The notes beneath the pieces were generated by a model that did no database searches, had not been told where the DNA came from, and saw only the letters and a program-made list of their open reading frames with translations. A program made the translations under genes and the position numbers. Below are positions 33,561-35,714 of a DNA stretch of 35,714 nucleotides, in pieces. The DNA lies in contig CAYGAN010000016.1 in assembly GCA_964347585.1 (NCBI GenBank), positions 3,614 to 39,327 of the forward strand, read 5' to 3'. The DNA comes from an uncultured Planctomycetales bacterium. Lineage in GTDB: Bacteria; Planctomycetota; Phycisphaerae; UBA1845; CAYGAN01. Every line of letters starts with the position of its first letter. Within the stretch, counting starts at the first letter, position 1.

Positions 33561-33583
33561 ACCGCCGCGCCCGCCGCCCGGAT

Positions 33584-35029
33584 TCAGAATGCGCCTTCGC
33601 GTCCGGGTAGCGGATCGACTGTCCACGCCATCCGATCGGACAGGCGCTTCAGCAGCTGCATCTTGATCGTCTGATAGCCCGGATCGTCCCAGCGGTTGTG
33701 GGTCTCATTCGGGTCCTCGGCAAGGTCGTACAGCTCGCCGGGCTCAAGGCCGTGCGCGACAACCAGCTTACGCCGCTCGGTCCGAAGCATCGTCGCGAAC
33801 GGCTTCGGTTCCGCCTGCGCGTGCATGCCGTTGTAGTATTCGCAATAGACGTCTTCGCGGAATGCGCCGCGTTTGGCTGGATCAAGAAGCGTCGACCAGA
33901 ACGAGCGGGCCTGCATGCCCGAATGCCACGGCAAGCCAACTGCGTCCAGCAAAGTCGGCGCCAGGTCCATCAGCTCGACCAGCGCCGAGCAGCGACCGGG
34001 CTCGATGCGCCCCGGCCAGGAGATGATCAAGGGAACGCGAATCGCCGGGTCGTAGAAGTACGGCCCCTTGTAGTACAAGCCGTGATCGCCAAGCAACTCG
34101 CCATGGTCGGACGTGAAGATGACGATCGTGTTGTCCGCTTGGCCGGTACGTTCCAGCGCGTCGAGCATCCGGCCAACCTGGGCGTCGATCAGATCGATCA
34201 TCGCCCAATACGCTGCCCGGACCAGTCTGTGATCGGCGTCCGTCATCTCCGCGAAACGATGCGACCCGACGTGATGATAGGCCTCGCGCAGTTCGGGTTG
34301 CTGGAAGCGCGGCTTGCCGGCCAGCTCGCCTTCGACGTAGTTCGGCAACGGGATCTCGTCCAGTCGATCGAGGTATCGCTCCAGGTACTCGACAGGCGGA
34401 TCAAAGGGGAAGTGCGGGTCGAAGCAGTTGTAGGAAAACAGCCACGGCCGCTCGGACTTGGCGGCGTTCTCAATGAAATCAACCGCCCGGCCCGCACACC
34501 AGGCCGTCTGATGATGCTCTGCCGGCATGCCGGCCTGCACGTAAGCAGAACCGCGAAATGGGGACCCGCGGTACTCCACGCCGCGGGTCCGCAGCCAGTT
34601 GGCGTATTCGTTCTCCGGCCAGTCGGGAGACGGATGGTGCGACCAATGAAAGACGCTGTAGCCGTCCTCGATTCGCCGCTCTGTGTGCGGACACGCCTGC
34701 GGCTCGCACGTGGACAGGTGCAACTTGCCCGAAAGCCCGCAGACGTACCCCGCCTCCGCGAGCTGTCGCGTGATCAGAATCTCATCGTCGGGGATGCACT
34801 GACCGTTCTGCCGTGTCCGCGTGGTGCGAGGGTATCGCCCTGTCAGAAAGCTGGCCCGGCTCGGGGTGCAGATCGGGCTCTGGCTGTACGCGTGCTCAAA
34901 GAGGACCCCGCGCTCGGCCAGCCGATCGAGGCGCGGCGTCCTGACAAACGGGTTCCCATAACATCCGAGGGTGTCCCATCGCTGCTGGTCCGTGCATATC
35001 CACAGTATGTTCGGCTTTGGCATCAGCAT
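33584..35029 (-). CDS. Formylglycine-dependent sulfatase (arylsulfatase A family)
   Basis: NILWICTDQQRWDTLGCYGN and SQSPICTPSRASFLTGRYP (the C-x-P-S-R formylglycine motif), FTSDHGE, plus a C-terminal subdomain. Confidence 0.92.
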   Translation of the reverse strand: MLMPKPNILWICTDQQRWDTLGCYGNPFVRTPRLDRLAERGVLFEHAYSQSPICTPSRASFLTGRYPRTTRTRQNGQCIPDDEILITRQLAEAGYVCGLSGKLHLSTCEPQACPHTERRIEDGYSVFHWSHHPSPDWPENEYANWLRTRGVEYRGSPFRGSAYVQAGMPAEHHQTAWCAGRAVDFIENAAKSERPWLFSYNCFDPHFPFDPPVEYLERYLDRLDEIPLPNYVEGELAGKPRFQQPELREAYHHVGSHRFAEMTDADHRLVRAAYWAMIDLIDAQVGRMLDALERTGQADNTIVIFTSDHGELLGDHGLYYKGPYFYDPAIRVPLIISWPGRIEPGRCSALVELMDLAPTLLDAVGLPWHSGMQARSFWSTLLDPAKRGAFREDVYCEYYNGMHAQAEPKPFATMLRTERRKLVVAHGLEPGELYDLAEDPNETHNRWDDPGYQTIKMQLLKRLSDRMAWTVDPLPGREGAF

Positions 35030-35199
35030 CGCTCCTCGCTCTGACTAACCGCGCGATCACGGACGCGCGCCGGCGTTGCGAGCACACGCAGCGCAGCGCG
35101 CCGGCGCACCGCAAGCATGCTCGATCCCGGCCCTGGCACCAAGCTGAGCCTACTGCTTCGCGTTGGACTTGTGAACTGTGCGCACCTGGAAGGGGCCCG

Positions 35200-35714
35200 T
35201 CATGCCGTTCCGCAGCCTGACGTGCGGGCGTGAGTCAGACTCCGGCGGACCGGCCCGCTGGCGCCAAGCGAATCGTGTGCAATGCCGCCTGCGCGGACCG
35301 CCGTCACCGTCGTCGGCAGCCTGCGGGCGTCGGCACGCTGACGATCCAGGCTCGTGATGCCATAGGCGATATCGACGCTCGTACGCCCCTGGACGGTCCG
35401 TCGGCGTTCGCAGCGAAACGCCTGGCCAGTCAAGATAGACTTGATTGTCGGGAAAGACGCCCGCACGAGGACCTCCGACGCCTTGTTGCCCCACCGTAGT
35501 TTCAATGACTTCGGAGCACCCACTGCGTACGGATTATGATGGAAATAGAATCGATCCCTTTCGGGACTGAACGGCGGAGCGATTCGCCGCAGTATCTCCT
35601 TCTCTCGTAGTCGGCAGACCTCTTCAAAACGTTCTTTCCATCCCGTATCCTGTTTCCGCTGCTCAGCGGAATCCTCCGGCGAAGAATCTGCGCTGTTCGC
35701 GGCTTCGTTCCCGA
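35200..35714 (-). pseudogene. Degraded 3' part of an ISAs1/IS4-type DDE transposase gene (frameshifted and truncated; runs off the right window edge)
   Basis: One frame gives AFRCERRRTVQGRTSVDIAYGITSLDRQRADARRL. The immediately preceding family motif YLDWPGV lies in a different frame (ORF 35150..35494), so a frameshift lies near 35417-35420. The expected ..HW.IEN.LHW.. continuation after ..ARRL is missing. The reading frame is open to nt 35714. Confidence 0.5.
35248..35324 (+). repeat. Copy B of the imperfect direct repeat (relic of an Nramp-type 3' end)
   Basis: 25/25 identity to 33437-33461, 9/12 over the next 12 nt, then a degenerate stretch, then 13/13 identity to 33493-33505 (offset 57 versus 56 nt). 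Read in the + frame it gives DRPAGAKR, as in the intact gene. Confidence 0.7.

Noticed and set aside
33698-35044. 448-aa ORF antisense to the sulfatase
   Set aside because: The sulfatase frame has the CTPSR motif and full-length family similarity. The antisense ORF is a shadow frame.
35064-35106. Two copies of the GC palindrome gcgcgccggcg upstream of the sulfatase start
   Set aside because: This is short, pure-GC self-complementary sequence, which is expected by chance in DNA of this composition. I have no further support for a function.
35150-35494. 114-aa ORF as an independent gene
   Set aside because: It is better explained as the out-of-frame upstream piece (..YLDWPGV) of the same decayed transposase as ORF 35200..35523.

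Overview
GC-rich bacterial chromosomal window. The G+C content was judged by eye, not computed. I could support about 31 protein-coding genes. I found no rRNA, tRNA or CRISPR array on either strand. Gene content suggests a Planctomycetota/PVC-type genome, but this is inference only. The clues are a DUF1559 / H-X9-DG-like pseudopilin tail, a formylglycine-type sulfatase, an HDOD protein, and many long Arg/Pro-rich antisense 'shadow' ORFs. Most of the window is housekeeping: thrS-infC, efp, uvrC, queA, nadE plus a nicotinamidase, comEC, a Lol/MacB-type ABC pair, sat, and an LpxL-type acyltransferase. Nothing resembles a known defence or toxin system. The less ordinary parts are: (1) a hotdog dehydratase - long ACP - hotdog dehydratase trio (5921-7393) with no ketosynthase in the window. 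It is transcribed divergently from a five-gene array: mutarotase-fold protein, orphan non-Pyl MttB-family methyltransferase, zinc-ribbon/DUF4190/pseudopilin-like membrane protein, DegT aminotransferase, TauE exporter. (2) An Nramp-family transporter whose TM1 DPGN metal-binding motif reads GGGS. (3) A small, very basic protein with a eukaryote-style C2H2 zinc finger, directly upstream of efp. (4) A UvrC without the C-terminal (HhH)2 domain, with a perfect TATAAT 8 nt before its ATG. (5) A frameshifted, truncated IS transposase relic at the right edge. It abuts a degenerate second copy of the Nramp gene's 3' end, so the sulfatase gene lies between imperfect direct repeats. (6) An ATP sulfurylase with an altered GRD-loop motif. 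All functional calls rest on motifs I recognised in the translations. No database search was run.
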